DNA of 64,000 nucleotides. It comes from Phycisphaerae bacterium. Its GTDB lineage: Bacteria; Planctomycetota; Phycisphaerae; UBA1845. Shown piece by piece: positions 10,201 through 20,727 of the stretch (position 1 is the stretch's first letter; each line of letters begins with the position of its first letter). The notes under the pieces are model-generated. The model was not told the DNA's origin. It made no database searches and saw nothing but the letters and a program-made list of their open reading frames with translations. The translations under genes and the position numbers were made by a program. The stretch covers positions 832,001 to 896,000 of the forward strand of contig CAXXGO010000006.1 of the NCBI GenBank assembly GCA_963666835.2, written 5' to 3'.

Positions 10201-10301
10201 GCGTTGCGGACAGCAACAACGCTAAGCTCGGATCATCGGCTCCCCCACCTCAGCGCTGCGCTAACGAGGTGGGCCGCCCCTCTATGGTGTAGGAGCAAGC
10301 A

Positions 10302-10886
10302 GTGAAGGTCGTCGCATTCAATGGCAGTCCCCGAAGAGAGGGCAACACGTTCGCCCTGATCAACCACGTCCTGACGCCGCTGCAACAGGAGGGAATCGAG
10401 ACGGAGGTTCTACAAATCGGCGGCAAGAAGACCCGAGGTTGCGGGGCGTGTCTTAAGTGCGCCGAGAACAGGAATAAGCGTTGTGTGGTGGATGACGATG
10501 TAGTGAACGACTGCATCGAGAAGATGCTCGAGGCGGACGGGATTATCCTCGGGTCGCCTACCTACTTCGTCAACGTCAGCACGGAGATGAAGGCCTTGAT
10601 CGACCGGGCCGGCTTCGTGGCCAAGGTGAACGGCGACATGTTCAAACGCAAGGTCGGGGCCGCGGTGGTGGCCGTGCGCCGGGCGGGCAGCGTTCACGTC
10701 TTCGACGCCATGAACCACTTCTTCCTGATCAACCAGATGATCGTCCCGGGCTCCTGCTATTGGAACATGGGCTTCGGCCTGAAAGAGGGCGAAGTGAGCG
10801 ACGACGAAGAGGGCATCCGGACGATGCAGCTTCTGGGTGAGAACATGGCGTGGCTGTTGAAGGCGCTTCAACGCCCGACCTCCTGA
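10302..10886 (+). CDS. Flavodoxin-family iron-sulfur flavoprotein (NADPH-dependent FMN reductase family)
   Basis: NGSPRREGNT, CGACLKC-x7-C and LGSPTYF motifs. Confidence 0.9.
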   Translation: MKVVAFNGSPRREGNTFALINHVLTPLQQEGIETEVLQIGGKKTRGCGACLKCAENRNKRCVVDDDVVNDCIEKMLEADGIILGSPTYFVNVSTEMKALIDRAGFVAKVNGDMFKRKVGAAVVAVRRAGSVHVFDAMNHFFLINQMIVPGSCYWNMGFGLKEGEVSDDEEGIRTMQLLGENMAWLLKALQRPTS

Positions 10887-11020
10887 CGAGTCTGTCGGAT
10901 CCGGAGACCTGTAGTGAAATACGTTGCCCTTGTGATTCTGTCTGCTGCGCTGGTGATGCTTGCCAACGGGGCGGTGGCGTTCTTCTCGAATTCGCAACAA
11001 GGCGAACCGAGGCCCAACCC

Positions 11021-11189
11021 GTAGGGCAGGTCGAGGTACGAGACCTGCCGCAACGGCGCGGGTGCTCTATGGCTTCAGCATGGGTGCCCCATGGCTTTAG
11101 CCGTGGTGGAGGCCCTAACGCTCCACTATGAAGGCATGTCAACTACCCTGCTCGCTTTCTGCATGCCCACGCAAGCGTGGGGCATGGCA
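11021..11189. repeat. REP cluster immediately upstream of the intron
   Basis: GTAG REP at 11021-11049, CCCCATGGCTTTAGCCGTGG, and hairpin CATGCCCACGCAAGCGTGGGGCATG at 11162-11186. Confidence 0.75.
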
Positions 11190-12099
11190 GGAGCAGCCGA
11201 CAAGGCTGCGGATCTTATGGGGTGAGAGTCCCCTCGCCGTCAGTTTCCCGGTTCGGACGGCTAGCTTATTCGATGCACGTGTCTGGTAACAGCACGTGTT
11301 CTGCTCGAACGAAAACGCCACGGCTGCCCTGCAGGCTCAGAACTGCAGCGGTGGGAGCGATCGGGGTGGCAAGCAAACTTGGAGGCCTGAACATTAGTGA
11401 ATGGCTGCAGCTGCGAAAGTACGCCCGCTCGGGAAATCGCTGGAGCGGATTATTGCGGGAAAGCCGACCCGATTGCCATGCGGGGAAGGCCGACGTCATC
11501 GAGGGAAGAAACGGGAATGTGCACCTCGACGACCCGCCGCGGTAGGGGCCCAGGCATCCAAGGAAAGATCTGCAGAGATAACGTCGGGAAGGGCCATCTC
11601 CCAGCAGGGACTGGCGACAACCTGCGAAGACTCGCCGACCAAGGCAACGACCGTAGGCGGCGAGAGGGATTTGGTCCGGCGTATGGGCCCGTATGAGCGA
11701 TGAAGGCGGGGTAATGCCCGCTGACGTAGCCCGCGAGGCTGCGACGTGACGGGTAACGCCCGAAGCGTGCAAAGGGACCCTGGATACTTGGCGGTCCTGG
11801 GGCGCTCCCGGACATTGAGCTGGGATCGAGCGTACCCTTAAAGAGTGGACGAGCGTCGCATGCAAACCACAGCCAAGAGGGGCGTATACGAGCCAGCGTT
11901 TGAGTTTCCTTGGTTGTGGGCAGGCAGTGGCGGGACAAGCCAAGGTCAGAACCGGACTCGGGAAATCCGACCGTCCGGGATCGTAGGGGGGCCTCGGGAA
12001 ACGTGGCTCATGGTGGAACTGTGAACCCACTCCGCAACCGAAAGGGCGGATCTGGAAACCCTCCACCTAAAAGCGCGCGCGCCCGAGTTCTATCCCGAC
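11190..12099 (+). mobile_element. Group II intron RNA without a reverse transcriptase ORF
   Basis: Domain V-like GAACCGGACTCGGGAAATCCGACCGTCCGGGATC (~11949-11982). Domain VI GGGGGCCTCGGG...CCCGAGTTCT-A-TCCC with a bulged A, ending in AC at 12099. GGTGAGAGTCC hairpin near the 5' end. 5' boundary is approximate. Confidence 0.85.
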
Positions 12100-12169
12100 C
12101 CCGTGCCTACACAAGCATAGGACATAGCACCCGTGCAGGGCGATGGTCTACCCTATTATCTGTGTTCGT

Positions 12170-13339
12170 TCAAACAGGCGGAACGTCGAGCTTGCCCTCT
12201 TCCAAGAGCCGGCGAAGGTCGGCACCGACCCGAGCAGAGAGTATTCTGGCTCCGATGTGATTCAGATGTGTCAGATTGAAGAACACTTCGTCCGGGTCCC
12301 GGCCGGGCAGGTCGGCGACGTCGTATTGGAGGAGCGGGATTCCCAACCGTTCGCACAACTGCGATATGCCACGGCGGAACCGCTCGTGCGCGGCGGCCGC
12401 GGGCGTACCTGCGGCAAGTTCAAAGAAAGCCGGGTGCAGCGGCGAATCCAGCACGACAACCTGCGCCCCGGCCGCCTGCAGACCGCGCAGATCAGCTTGA
12501 AGCTGACGCCATCGAATACCATCGACCTTCGGTATCGCGTACCAACAGCGCAGAAGCTCGGCCAACTGCTTCTTAACCACGGCCGGCGCGAACCCCTCGG
12601 AAGCGTAGGCCGGCTTACCCACAAAACCCCGCGCATGCACGGGTGTAGCCCGCTCATAGGCTCGCCCCGTGAGTAAACGCCACAGGGTCCTCTCGGGCAG
12701 AAAGGCGGCTCGAATCGCCCGCCCGGCGGGAACCAGCCGAAACCGATCAATCAGACCCACCGACCACAGAACCTCGTCGTTGATGAACCTGGGATCCTCA
12801 GTACCGTCGTTCACACTGTAAGGAGAGACGCTGACCACCACGATCGGCGACGGAGCGAACCGATCGGCAAACTCCCGATACGAAGCCAGGACCGCTGCAA
12901 CCTCGCAAACCGGCTTGCCGATATTGACTACTCGGTCCGGTGACCACCCTAGTTGCTCAGCGACAATACTCGGCCCGACATGTACTTGGGCACGTGAGTC
13001 GCCGGCGATGATAAGGGCCGGGCGGTCCGTTCGGGTAAGAGCGATTATCTTGCGCCGCAACGGCTCGGAGGCTACGGGTCGAGGAACGATAACGAACGCA
13101 ACAATCGCGTGGATCAGAGTGATTATCGCAACCGCCCAGATCGCTCCGGCCGGCAAACGGCGGATCACTCGCGTGACGGTGCCTGCCCTGGTCCGAGCAA
13201 CCCGGCGCTGCCCGACCACGCGGTCCGGGGCTAGTGGAACGGGTAGACTGCCGACGTTCGCAACACCGCTAAAACTGGAAGTAGATGAAGGGCTTGGCAA
13301 CCGGCTCTCCAAAGATGACGAGGCCAAAGAACAACCCAA
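12170..13339 (-). CDS. SGNH-like membrane-anchored partner of the MBOAT (AlgJ/DltD-like); true start probably downstream of 13264
   Basis: One TM helix, GDSRA block, C-terminal NLTHLN...GA motif; directly after the MBOAT gene. Confidence 0.7.
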   Translation of the reverse strand: MGCSLASSSLESRLPSPSSTSSFSGVANVGSLPVPLAPDRVVGQRRVARTRAGTVTRVIRRLPAGAIWAVAIITLIHAIVAFVIVPRPVASEPLRRKIIALTRTDRPALIIAGDSRAQVHVGPSIVAEQLGWSPDRVVNIGKPVCEVAAVLASYREFADRFAPSPIVVVSVSPYSVNDGTEDPRFINDEVLWSVGLIDRFRLVPAGRAIRAAFLPERTLWRLLTGRAYERATPVHARGFVGKPAYASEGFAPAVVKKQLAELLRCWYAIPKVDGIRWRQLQADLRGLQAAGAQVVVLDSPLHPAFFELAAGTPAAAAHERFRRGISQLCERLGIPLLQYDVADLPGRDPDEVFFNLTHLNHIGARILSARVGADLRRLLEEGKLDVPPV

Positions 13340-14735
13340 CGTACACCAATCCGCGCACCGGCGCGGGCCAACTCAACAACGCGTTCAGGTCACCACGTAG
13401 ATGCTGCAGAAACTGCACTGCCAGCAACGGAACCGCGCAGGCCACCAGGACCGTTACCCCGGTGCCCCGCAGAGTTCCGGGTGAAAGAACCGCGTGAAGC
13501 ATCGTTCCGATCTGTGCCACCGACTCGGCCCGAAAGATCAGGTACCCGAGGCACGTCAGTTGAAAGAACCCCGCGACCGCGACCCATCGCCCCACCATGC
13601 GCGTTCGCTCGGACCACGTCCGGGCGAATTCGCAAACCGCAGGAACGCATCCGCGATAGGCGATGATCAACAGGGCATGGAACAGACCCCATAATACGAA
13701 CGTCCACGCCGCCCCGTGCCACAGCCCGCCCAACAACATTGTGATAAGCAGGTTGATGGCCGTCCGGCGCCTTCCGCGGCGGTCGCCGCCGAGCGGAATG
13801 TACAGGTAATCGCGTAGCCAGCCGGAGAGGCTTATGTGCCAACGACGCCAGAACTCCGCCGGCGTGGCCGAGAAATACGGCAGGTTGAAGTTCAAGGGGA
13901 TCTCGAACCCCATCATCTTCGTACTGCCCCGGGCGATGTCCGTGTACCCGGAGAAGTCGCAGTAGATCTGCAGGGCGAAGGCGTATACGGCAATGATCAC
14001 CGTCGCGCCCGACGGGCTGCCGTCGGAGCTGAACGTGCGGTCGACGACCACGGCCAGGTTGTCCGCCAACACCACCTTCTTGAACAGCCCCCACAGAATC
14101 AGGTATCCGCCCGTATACACCTGCTCGAGTACTAGTTGCCGCCGGCGTGCTATTTGGGGGAGAAAGTCCTTCGCGCGAAGAATCGGCCCGGCCACCAGTT
14201 GCGGAAAGAACGCTACGAACAACGCCAGATCGAGTAGGCTTCTCTCAGCCCGAAGCTGGCCGCGGTAGATGTCGATCGTGTAGCTCAAGGTCTGAAACGT
14301 GTAGAAGGAAATGCCCACCGGTAGCACGATGGCCAGCAGCCGCGGGGTGAGCGGAAGCCCGATCATCTGCAGCAGTTCCGCCCCGCTCTCCACGAAGAAG
14401 TCGAAGTACTTGAAGAAGCCGAGAATCCCCAGGTTGGCTCCGACCGAGACCAGCAGGATCGCCCGGCGCGCGCGAGCGGAATGGGCGTAGGGCGCCGCGT
14501 CCTCTATCGGGCCGCTGCCATCTGAACGACGCCGATCCAACGCCCGCCCACAGGCGTAGTCGATCAACGTAGAGGCGAGAATCAGCCCGAGGAACCGCCA
14601 GTCCCAGCAGCCGTAGAAGAAGTAGCTGGCCACCAACAGCAGCGCGTTCTGCGTTCGCCGGCGCCGCATGCAGGCCAGGTAGGCCGCATACACCACGACG
14701 AAGAACAGCGCAAACGCGAAACTGTTGAACAGCAT
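13269..14735 (-). CDS. MBOAT O-acyltransferase (AlgI/DltB family)
   Basis: MLFNS start, LPVGISFYTFQ, FPQLVAGPI, FWRRWHISLS and GLWHGA motifs. Confidence 0.93.
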   Translation of the reverse strand: MLFNSFAFALFFVVVYAAYLACMRRRRTQNALLLVASYFFYGCWDWRFLGLILASTLIDYACGRALDRRRSDGSGPIEDAAPYAHSARARRAILLVSVGANLGILGFFKYFDFFVESGAELLQMIGLPLTPRLLAIVLPVGISFYTFQTLSYTIDIYRGQLRAERSLLDLALFVAFFPQLVAGPILRAKDFLPQIARRRQLVLEQVYTGGYLILWGLFKKVVLADNLAVVVDRTFSSDGSPSGATVIIAVYAFALQIYCDFSGYTDIARGSTKMMGFEIPLNFNLPYFSATPAEFWRRWHISLSGWLRDYLYIPLGGDRRGRRRTAINLLITMLLGGLWHGAAWTFVLWGLFHALLIIAYRGCVPAVCEFARTWSERTRMVGRWVAVAGFFQLTCLGYLIFRAESVAQIGTMLHAVLSPGTLRGTGVTVLVACAVPLLAVQFLQHLRGDLNALLSWPAPVRGLVYVGLFFGLVIFGEPVAKPFIYFQF

Positions 14736-14868
14736 ACCGAGACCCTCGTCCGGCGGCCCGCGCACACCGTGGGCGCGCGACCGCAATTTGATATCGGACG
14801 TTTAGTGTGCCCGGTTAAGGAGAAGGGCGACCTGTCCGGGTTCTACGGGAGGAGGTTTTCCAGATATG

Positions 14869-14908
14869 CAAAAGGCGCGGCGCCGGCCTATGCCGACACC
14901 GCGCCTTC
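14869..14908 (-). terminator. Probable intrinsic terminator
   Basis: AAAAGGCGCGGCGCCGGC-CTAT-GCCGACACCGCGCCTT hairpin, U-tract on the minus strand, downstream of the 14970 gene. Confidence 0.6.
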
Positions 14909-14969
14909 GTGATTCTCGATTGACGATCCAACCCAAACGCAGAACGAGTCGGTCCGTGGTTGCGGACGA

Positions 14970-16187
14970 CTACCGGCTCGGGCAGAGATTCCGGTCCATG
15001 CTCTTGCCACTCCAGGCATCGAAATCGCCGGCCCCGTTGAGCAGGTCGATCACGCGGAGGATGTCCTGAGCGTTTGTTGCGCCGCTACGGTTGATGTCCG
15101 TGCTGTACTCGGGCGACGTCCCCGGACTGTTCAACGAACTGACCAGGCTGTTGATGTCCAGAGTGTTGCTCTTTCCGTCGTTGCCTGCGTCGCCCGGCAG
15201 GTAACCCATGCACCACTCTCCCCCCGTGGGGGTGTGCTCAATACAGGTCCAATGGTCCGTACTGATGATCCGATCCAGCGTTATGGTCACCGTGTTATTG
15301 ACCGAATCCAGATCAACCGTGTCGATCACGGGAGGGGACAGTTCAAACGGGGTCACTGATACGGTGAAGTCGGAAGCGGTCGCGTCGGTGATATCCGTCG
15401 GATCGCACTGCAAGGTCAGGACCAGCTCGTCCCATCCGTATGACACCGCAGTGTCATAAATATCGTGGGGCTGACGGGCATCCACGTGACAGTTCGGCGG
15501 GAACACGTCCGTGATGTTGGCCGCGCTAAGGTCGCATAGCGGCGGGACCTTGATCACCGCCGGCGTGCGGATCAGGCCGGGGATGAGGTTGGCTGAGTCG
15601 TCGTTCATGAACGTCCATTCGGAATCACTGTCCCAGGTTATGGTGTATCTTCCTGCTGCATCCGCGGGGACGTCAATGATGAAGGTCCCGCCGTAATAGG
15701 CGCCTCCGCCGTCCACCGGAAAATCGCCCATGCAGGTCGAACCCCACACGTATTGCAGGTCGGCGACGAACACCGCGGCCAACGGACTCTCGCCATAGTA
15801 CACAAAGTCTGTGCGGTTTGTGTCGATAAAGCAGCCGTCCTCGGTAAGTGGATTCAGCGGGCCGATGTCCGCTCCATAGCCGTTGCTGTACGACGCCGCA
15901 GCATCCAACCTACCCTGGTACGCACCCAATGTCGGACTGCCGGCAGCCGTACCCCATCCGCTGACACGGAATTCCAGCGTAACCTGTTGCGCGACGCCTT
16001 CCTCCAGCAGGATCTCCGAGGCGACCCACGGCGTGCCTTCGTTATCGGTAATCGTGTAATTGCCGGTAGCGCTGACTGGTTGCCAGCGGATCTCTACGGC
16101 CGCATCGGCCGTCGTGGCACAGGCGACAATAGCGGCAAGTAGCAGGCCTGAGCCCAGAATGCCGGATACACCTTTGCGCGTGTTCAT
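14970..16187 (-). CDS. Secreted protein with a cohesin-like beta domain and C-terminal dockerin-like module
   Basis: Signal peptide (ATTADA-A); duplicated Ca-loop motifs GDAGNDGKSNTLDI and DINRSGATNAQDI. Confidence 0.65.
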   Translation of the reverse strand: MNTRKGVSGILGSGLLLAAIVACATTADAAVEIRWQPVSATGNYTITDNEGTPWVASEILLEEGVAQQVTLEFRVSGWGTAAGSPTLGAYQGRLDAAASYSNGYGADIGPLNPLTEDGCFIDTNRTDFVYYGESPLAAVFVADLQYVWGSTCMGDFPVDGGGAYYGGTFIIDVPADAAGRYTITWDSDSEWTFMNDDSANLIPGLIRTPAVIKVPPLCDLSAANITDVFPPNCHVDARQPHDIYDTAVSYGWDELVLTLQCDPTDITDATASDFTVSVTPFELSPPVIDTVDLDSVNNTVTITLDRIISTDHWTCIEHTPTGGEWCMGYLPGDAGNDGKSNTLDINSLVSSLNSPGTSPEYSTDINRSGATNAQDILRVIDLLNGAGDFDAWSGKSMDRNLCPSR

Positions 16188-16463
16188 GTTTCCCCCTCTC
16201 CGCAACGGGAATCTTGTTATGCCGAACGCGAATCAGGTGGTTTCCCACCCGTTGCGCTCCGTCATCGCGTGGGAGCAACAGCTAGCGGCGGGAAACAGAC
16301 CGGCCGCGAAGTTTGAGGCTGTGCTCCCGTTTATCGACCAAACGGTCCAGCGAGTGATACGTTCGGTTACAGGTTCTTTACCCTCCGATCTCGCGCCGGC
16401 CGCCCGAGATCGAGCACTGCTGGTCTACGCCCCCTTGCGTGCCCCTCCGACAAGGCGGGCCCC

Positions 16464-16513
16464 AAAAAAGACGGCAGCGTAGCGGCGATTCATTTGCCGC
16501 TACGCTACCGTTT
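16464..16513 (-). terminator. Probable intrinsic terminator
   Basis: A6-G-ACGGCAGCGTAGCGGC...GCCGCTACGCTACCGT hairpin downstream of the 16554 gene. Confidence 0.7.
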
Positions 16514-16553
16514 AGAAAATTCCACAGTTACTCAGGCCAAACGCCGTAGACGA

Positions 16554-18326
16554 TTATCTCGACGGGCACAACGTCCGGCTCATGCTCCTGGCATTCCATA
16601 CCTCGAACTCACCCGCACCGTTGATCAGATCGATCACGCGGAGGATGTCCGCAGCATTCCAAGCACCGCTACGGTTGATGTCCGTGTGATACTCAACCTG
16701 CGTTCCCGGCGGGCCATTCAGAGAATCGATCAGCCCCTGGATATCGGCCGCATTGGTGACTCCGCTGTTATCCGCGTCGCCCGGCAGGTATCCCATGCAC
16801 CATTCCTGGTCCGTCGCTATGTGCTTCAGGCACGTCCAGTGGTCCGCGGTGATCGAGCGATCCAGCCGAACTGTGATTGTATTGTAATTGGCATCAGCTT
16901 CGATGGAGTCTATGGCCGGCGGGATTAGCTCGGCCGGGGCGGTGCTAATCGAGAAATCTACTTTCTCGATCTCGTCCTCCATTACGTGCGGATCGCACAG
17001 CATGGTCAGAACGAACTTGTCCCAGCCATCGGCCAGGGTGTTGTCGTTGATCCCGTGAGGCTGCCGTGCGTCCACCTCGCAGTTCGGCGGGAAGATCGAG
17101 ACGACATCCGTCATACTGCAGTCGTCGACGCAGTCGCCACCGAGGCAAACCGTACCGGGGCCACATTCTACGATTGACTCTTCGTGACATTGCCCGGTGC
17201 AGGGATCGCACAAGGCCACGAAGCAGTCCGGATCATCCGGTGGATCGCAGGTGACGCCGGTGCACTGGTCACCACCGAAGTAGACCATCAGCGACTCGTG
17301 TCCACCTACTAATGGATCCTGGTAATACACCGAATGGCGACCCTCGTCGGTCTGCATGTAGGTTGTCTGCAGTTGGTTATCGAACCGCAACTGGACCTCA
17401 AATGTGCCGCAATTGCCCTCTTTGACCTCCAGCAGCATCGCGCCCAGATAATACAGTTCAGATTCGTCCGCACCATAAGGCATGGTAACCGGAGCAGCCC
17501 CCGGCATGATCCCGGATCCAACCTCTACACTCTCGTTCGTTTCGTCACCGGGGAAGACGACCGCGAGGATGTTGACACCCCTGAACATGAAATCGTCATC
17601 AGCCTTGTCGATATACACGGACGACTCCCGTCCACATGAGACGTCGTCTATGCACTCGGAACTGTCGCACGTGCAGAAACTATTGCTCAAATCCCAGTGG
17701 TCGTAGCATGTCTGGTCCCACGAGCAGTAACAGTCGCCATCCTCATATCCGCAGGGCACCGCGGCAATCGCCATCCCCGGGTTCACTCCCCCGTTCCAGA
17801 GCGAAGCGTCAGCATCGAGTGTCCACTGGAACTGCCCGACGTTCGGCCACGGATCGCACGTGTCGTGCACACAAGGCCCATACGCCGCCCCGCAATCGTC
17901 GTCGTCGTCGCATCTCTCTCGATCCTTCAATCCCTGGCAGTGCTTGAACTTACAGGGATCGCTCGAACTACCCTCTTCCCCGCTCCACGCCTGATCGCAG
18001 AAACCGTAGTCATAAATGGCATTGTCACGATGCAGCCAGCATCTGCCCTCCGTTGAGTCGCTGTCCCAGTCGTGTACGAACACCTTGACAAGAATGAAGT
18101 CCCCCTCTTGGAGTCCGCCTGTCACGTCTGCGTCAAACAGCTCATCCGTGAGAGGGGTGCCATTGTACGCCGACTCCCAGGTTCCCTCGTCAAAACGAAG
18201 AACGTCGACCGCCTTGACGGCGAAGGTCGCTCTCGCATACTTCAACGATGCGTTAACGACGGAGCCTGTTGCCAGGAACCCCACGATGCCGCAAACCAGA
18301 CAGAAGCACCACACCGACTTTCTCAT
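16554..18326 (-). CDS. Secreted Cys-rich protein; C-terminal region paralogous to 14970..16187
   Basis: Signal peptide; shares FPPNCxVDARQPH...WCMGYLPGDA...DINRSG...CPSR with its neighbour. Confidence 0.7.
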   Translation of the reverse strand: MRKSVWCFCLVCGIVGFLATGSVVNASLKYARATFAVKAVDVLRFDEGTWESAYNGTPLTDELFDADVTGGLQEGDFILVKVFVHDWDSDSTEGRCWLHRDNAIYDYGFCDQAWSGEEGSSSDPCKFKHCQGLKDRERCDDDDDCGAAYGPCVHDTCDPWPNVGQFQWTLDADASLWNGGVNPGMAIAAVPCGYEDGDCYCSWDQTCYDHWDLSNSFCTCDSSECIDDVSCGRESSVYIDKADDDFMFRGVNILAVVFPGDETNESVEVGSGIMPGAAPVTMPYGADESELYYLGAMLLEVKEGNCGTFEVQLRFDNQLQTTYMQTDEGRHSVYYQDPLVGGHESLMVYFGGDQCTGVTCDPPDDPDCFVALCDPCTGQCHEESIVECGPGTVCLGGDCVDDCSMTDVVSIFPPNCEVDARQPHGINDNTLADGWDKFVLTMLCDPHVMEDEIEKVDFSISTAPAELIPPAIDSIEADANYNTITVRLDRSITADHWTCLKHIATDQEWCMGYLPGDADNSGVTNAADIQGLIDSLNGPPGTQVEYHTDINRSGAWNAADILRVIDLINGAGEFEVWNARSMSRTLCPSR

Positions 18327-18854
18327 TGCTTGTCCCCTTCTTCAACAGCAGATCGCGGAGGACGTCACGGTCCCCGGCATCGCCAATTAAATCAGTCTAA
18401 CCTGTTAAATCCCATCTCTCAACACAAGTCACGACCCGATCACCGGCAGCCAACTTATGCTGTAACACACCACTATAACTAAACTTACGAAGAACTCGCT
18501 ACGGCCGGCTTCGAAACCGCCCTAAGTACCCCCCGGGAGCCAAAACCCGTCACGAAAAGAGCCGATCCGCCCCCTATCCTTCGACAATCGGCCCGTCGTG
18601 ATTAAGCCGAACCCCAAGCGTACAGCTTATCGAGACCCCGCAACAAAATCAATACTTCTTGACGGAGAATCTACCCGCCAGCGCTCCTCAAGCCCATCGG
18701 ACCCAACAAGCGACTTGATTATAGGTAAACTAGGATCAGATGTCCAACGAAATGCCCCCCGGAACATCCAGCAATCTTTGACCGAATGACGTTGTCCTCC
18801 CAAACGAACACACTCGGCAAAACTAGTCCATTGACAGTTATTGGACGTAAAATA

Positions 18855-20141
18855 TCAAAGATGCGTCCTATAATGAAACACCCTGTTGTGGAAGGTCCCA
18901 ATGACCCTGGCAGGCAAAGTCCAGCCTCCGAAAGGCGTGTTCCGGCCCATCGAAACGAACCGGTTCGGATCCACGGTCCACTCGACATTTGGATCGAAAA
19001 CGGTCAGATCGGCGAGCTCGCCAAGCTGGAGTGTCGAACGACGAAGACCCAGCACCGAGGCCGGTGCGATACTCAGCCACCGCACCAAGTCGGGCCAGTC
19101 CGCTAACCCGGACTCCACCATCACCCGGGCCGCTACCGACAACGCCGTCTCCAGCCCTACGACCCCCGGTGGAGCCCGGAGGAGCCCGGCTTGCTTCTCC
19201 TCCGCCGTATGCGGGGCGTGATCGGTCGCGATGCAGTCGATCGTCCCGTCCACCAGACCGCGCCGGCAGGCCTCCACATCGGCCCGCGGCCGCAGTGGAG
19301 GGTTCATCTTGTTGTTTGCGTTGCCCGCCACGCAGGCGTCTTCGGTCAGAGCCAGATGATGAGGACACACCTCCGCAGTTATCGGAACCCCCTCCGCCTT
19401 CGCCTTCCGCACCAGTTCAACGGCGCGGGACGTGGAAATATGGGCGACGTGGTAACGCCCTCCGGTCTCGCGGCTCAGCGAGATGTCACGCTCGATCATC
19501 GCCTCTTCAGAACACGGGTCGATTCCGGCGACCTGGAGCCGGCGCGACACCTCGCCAAGATGGATTACCCCGCCCGACGACATGTCCCGGTAGTCACAGT
19601 GCTGAATGAGAACCGCCCCGGTCTTCTTGGCCAGTTCGAACGCCGCCCGCATGACCCGGTCGTCCTCGACGCCGTCACCGTCATCACTGAAGGCAACGGC
19701 CCCCGCCTTCAACAAGGCCTCAAAGTCGGTCAATTCGCGTCCGGACCGCCCGCGAGTGATCGCGGCGATCGGGCCTAACGTGCAGCTTCCGGCTTCCCGG
19801 GCCTTCTGAAGCACCCAGCGAACCGTATCCTCGTTGTCGATCGGAGGTTGCGTATTGGGCATACACGCCACAAACGTGAAACCGCCTGCGGCCGCAGCTG
19901 CCAGCCCAGTCTTGATCGTCTCCTTGTGAGTCTGACCCGGCTCGCGAAGGTGAACGTGGAGATCGACCAGTCCGGGACAGACGATGCACCCGGGAAGATC
20001 AACGACTGCGGCCTGCGGTGGGGCGGTATCCGTGATCTTCCCGCATTCGATGAACAGATCCGCCACTTCGTCCCGACCAACGGAAGCGTCGATAACGCGC
20101 GCGCCGCGCAGGATCAGGGCATTATGGTCTTCGGCGTTCAC
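18855..20141 (-). CDS. pyrC: Dihydroorotase
   Basis: DLHVHLREPG, MPNTQPPID, KMNPPLR and ATDHAPH motifs. Confidence 0.92.
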   Translation of the reverse strand: MNAEDHNALILRGARVIDASVGRDEVADLFIECGKITDTAPPQAAVVDLPGCIVCPGLVDLHVHLREPGQTHKETIKTGLAAAAAGGFTFVACMPNTQPPIDNEDTVRWVLQKAREAGSCTLGPIAAITRGRSGRELTDFEALLKAGAVAFSDDGDGVEDDRVMRAAFELAKKTGAVLIQHCDYRDMSSGGVIHLGEVSRRLQVAGIDPCSEEAMIERDISLSRETGGRYHVAHISTSRAVELVRKAKAEGVPITAEVCPHHLALTEDACVAGNANNKMNPPLRPRADVEACRRGLVDGTIDCIATDHAPHTAEEKQAGLLRAPPGVVGLETALSVAARVMVESGLADWPDLVRWLSIAPASVLGLRRSTLQLGELADLTVFDPNVEWTVDPNRFVSMGRNTPFGGWTLPARVIGTFHNRVFHYRTHL

Positions 20142-20370
20142 AATCGACGGGCTCCATTCGGATGAGCTTGCTTTACCTTACCGGCTTTACGCCGGCGCTG
20201 CGGATCGCGATTGCACTCCTCCCCGGGGAGCATCTGAAACACAGACACGGATAGCGCCTGCAAACGAGGCAGGCGCACATGAAACGGGCCGGAGGCTCAT
20301 CCGGAGTGTAAGCACTGCCTGCCACTGTGAATGGGTTACGACGGCCCAGCCGAAACGGCCGGCCGAGGGC

Positions 20371-20568
20371 CTAGCCGAATGGAACGACTTCCTCCGCCGG
20401 ATTCGCCTGGTTCGGCACGAAGCTGTCTTCGCATCCTTCGACGTATCCACAACGCTCGCACAGTCTCGCACACTGGCGATCGAACAGAACGCCACGTTCA
20501 CATTGGGGACACTGCAGTACGCTCGTTGTAGTGCTCGCCCCGCCGTACCCGCGTTCCTTACTCTTCAC
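20371..20568 (-). CDS. Small zinc-ribbon protein
   Basis: CPQC-x9-C...CERCGY motif. GTG start at 20568 with GGAG upstream. The longer track ORF overlaps the opposite-strand gene. Confidence 0.5.
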   Translation of the reverse strand: MKSKERGYGGASTTTSVLQCPQCERGVLFDRQCARLCERCGYVEGCEDSFVPNQANPAEEVVPFG

Positions 20569-20727
20569 GTTCCGGCTCCATCCTTGGAAGGGCACCTTGC
20601 AGGTGCCGGCCAACCGTTCCAACGGCACGACAATGACGGTAGTATACGGGCACTCGGCACCCGCCGTCCACACCTGTGAGGCAGGGGTTTGCCAGGATGG
20701 CACCACCGTTAGGAACGATGATTCATC

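Noticed and set aside
11266..12066. 266-aa minus-strand ORF and other short ORFs within the intron
   Set aside because: No RT (YADD) or other motifs; these are chance frames across structured RNA.
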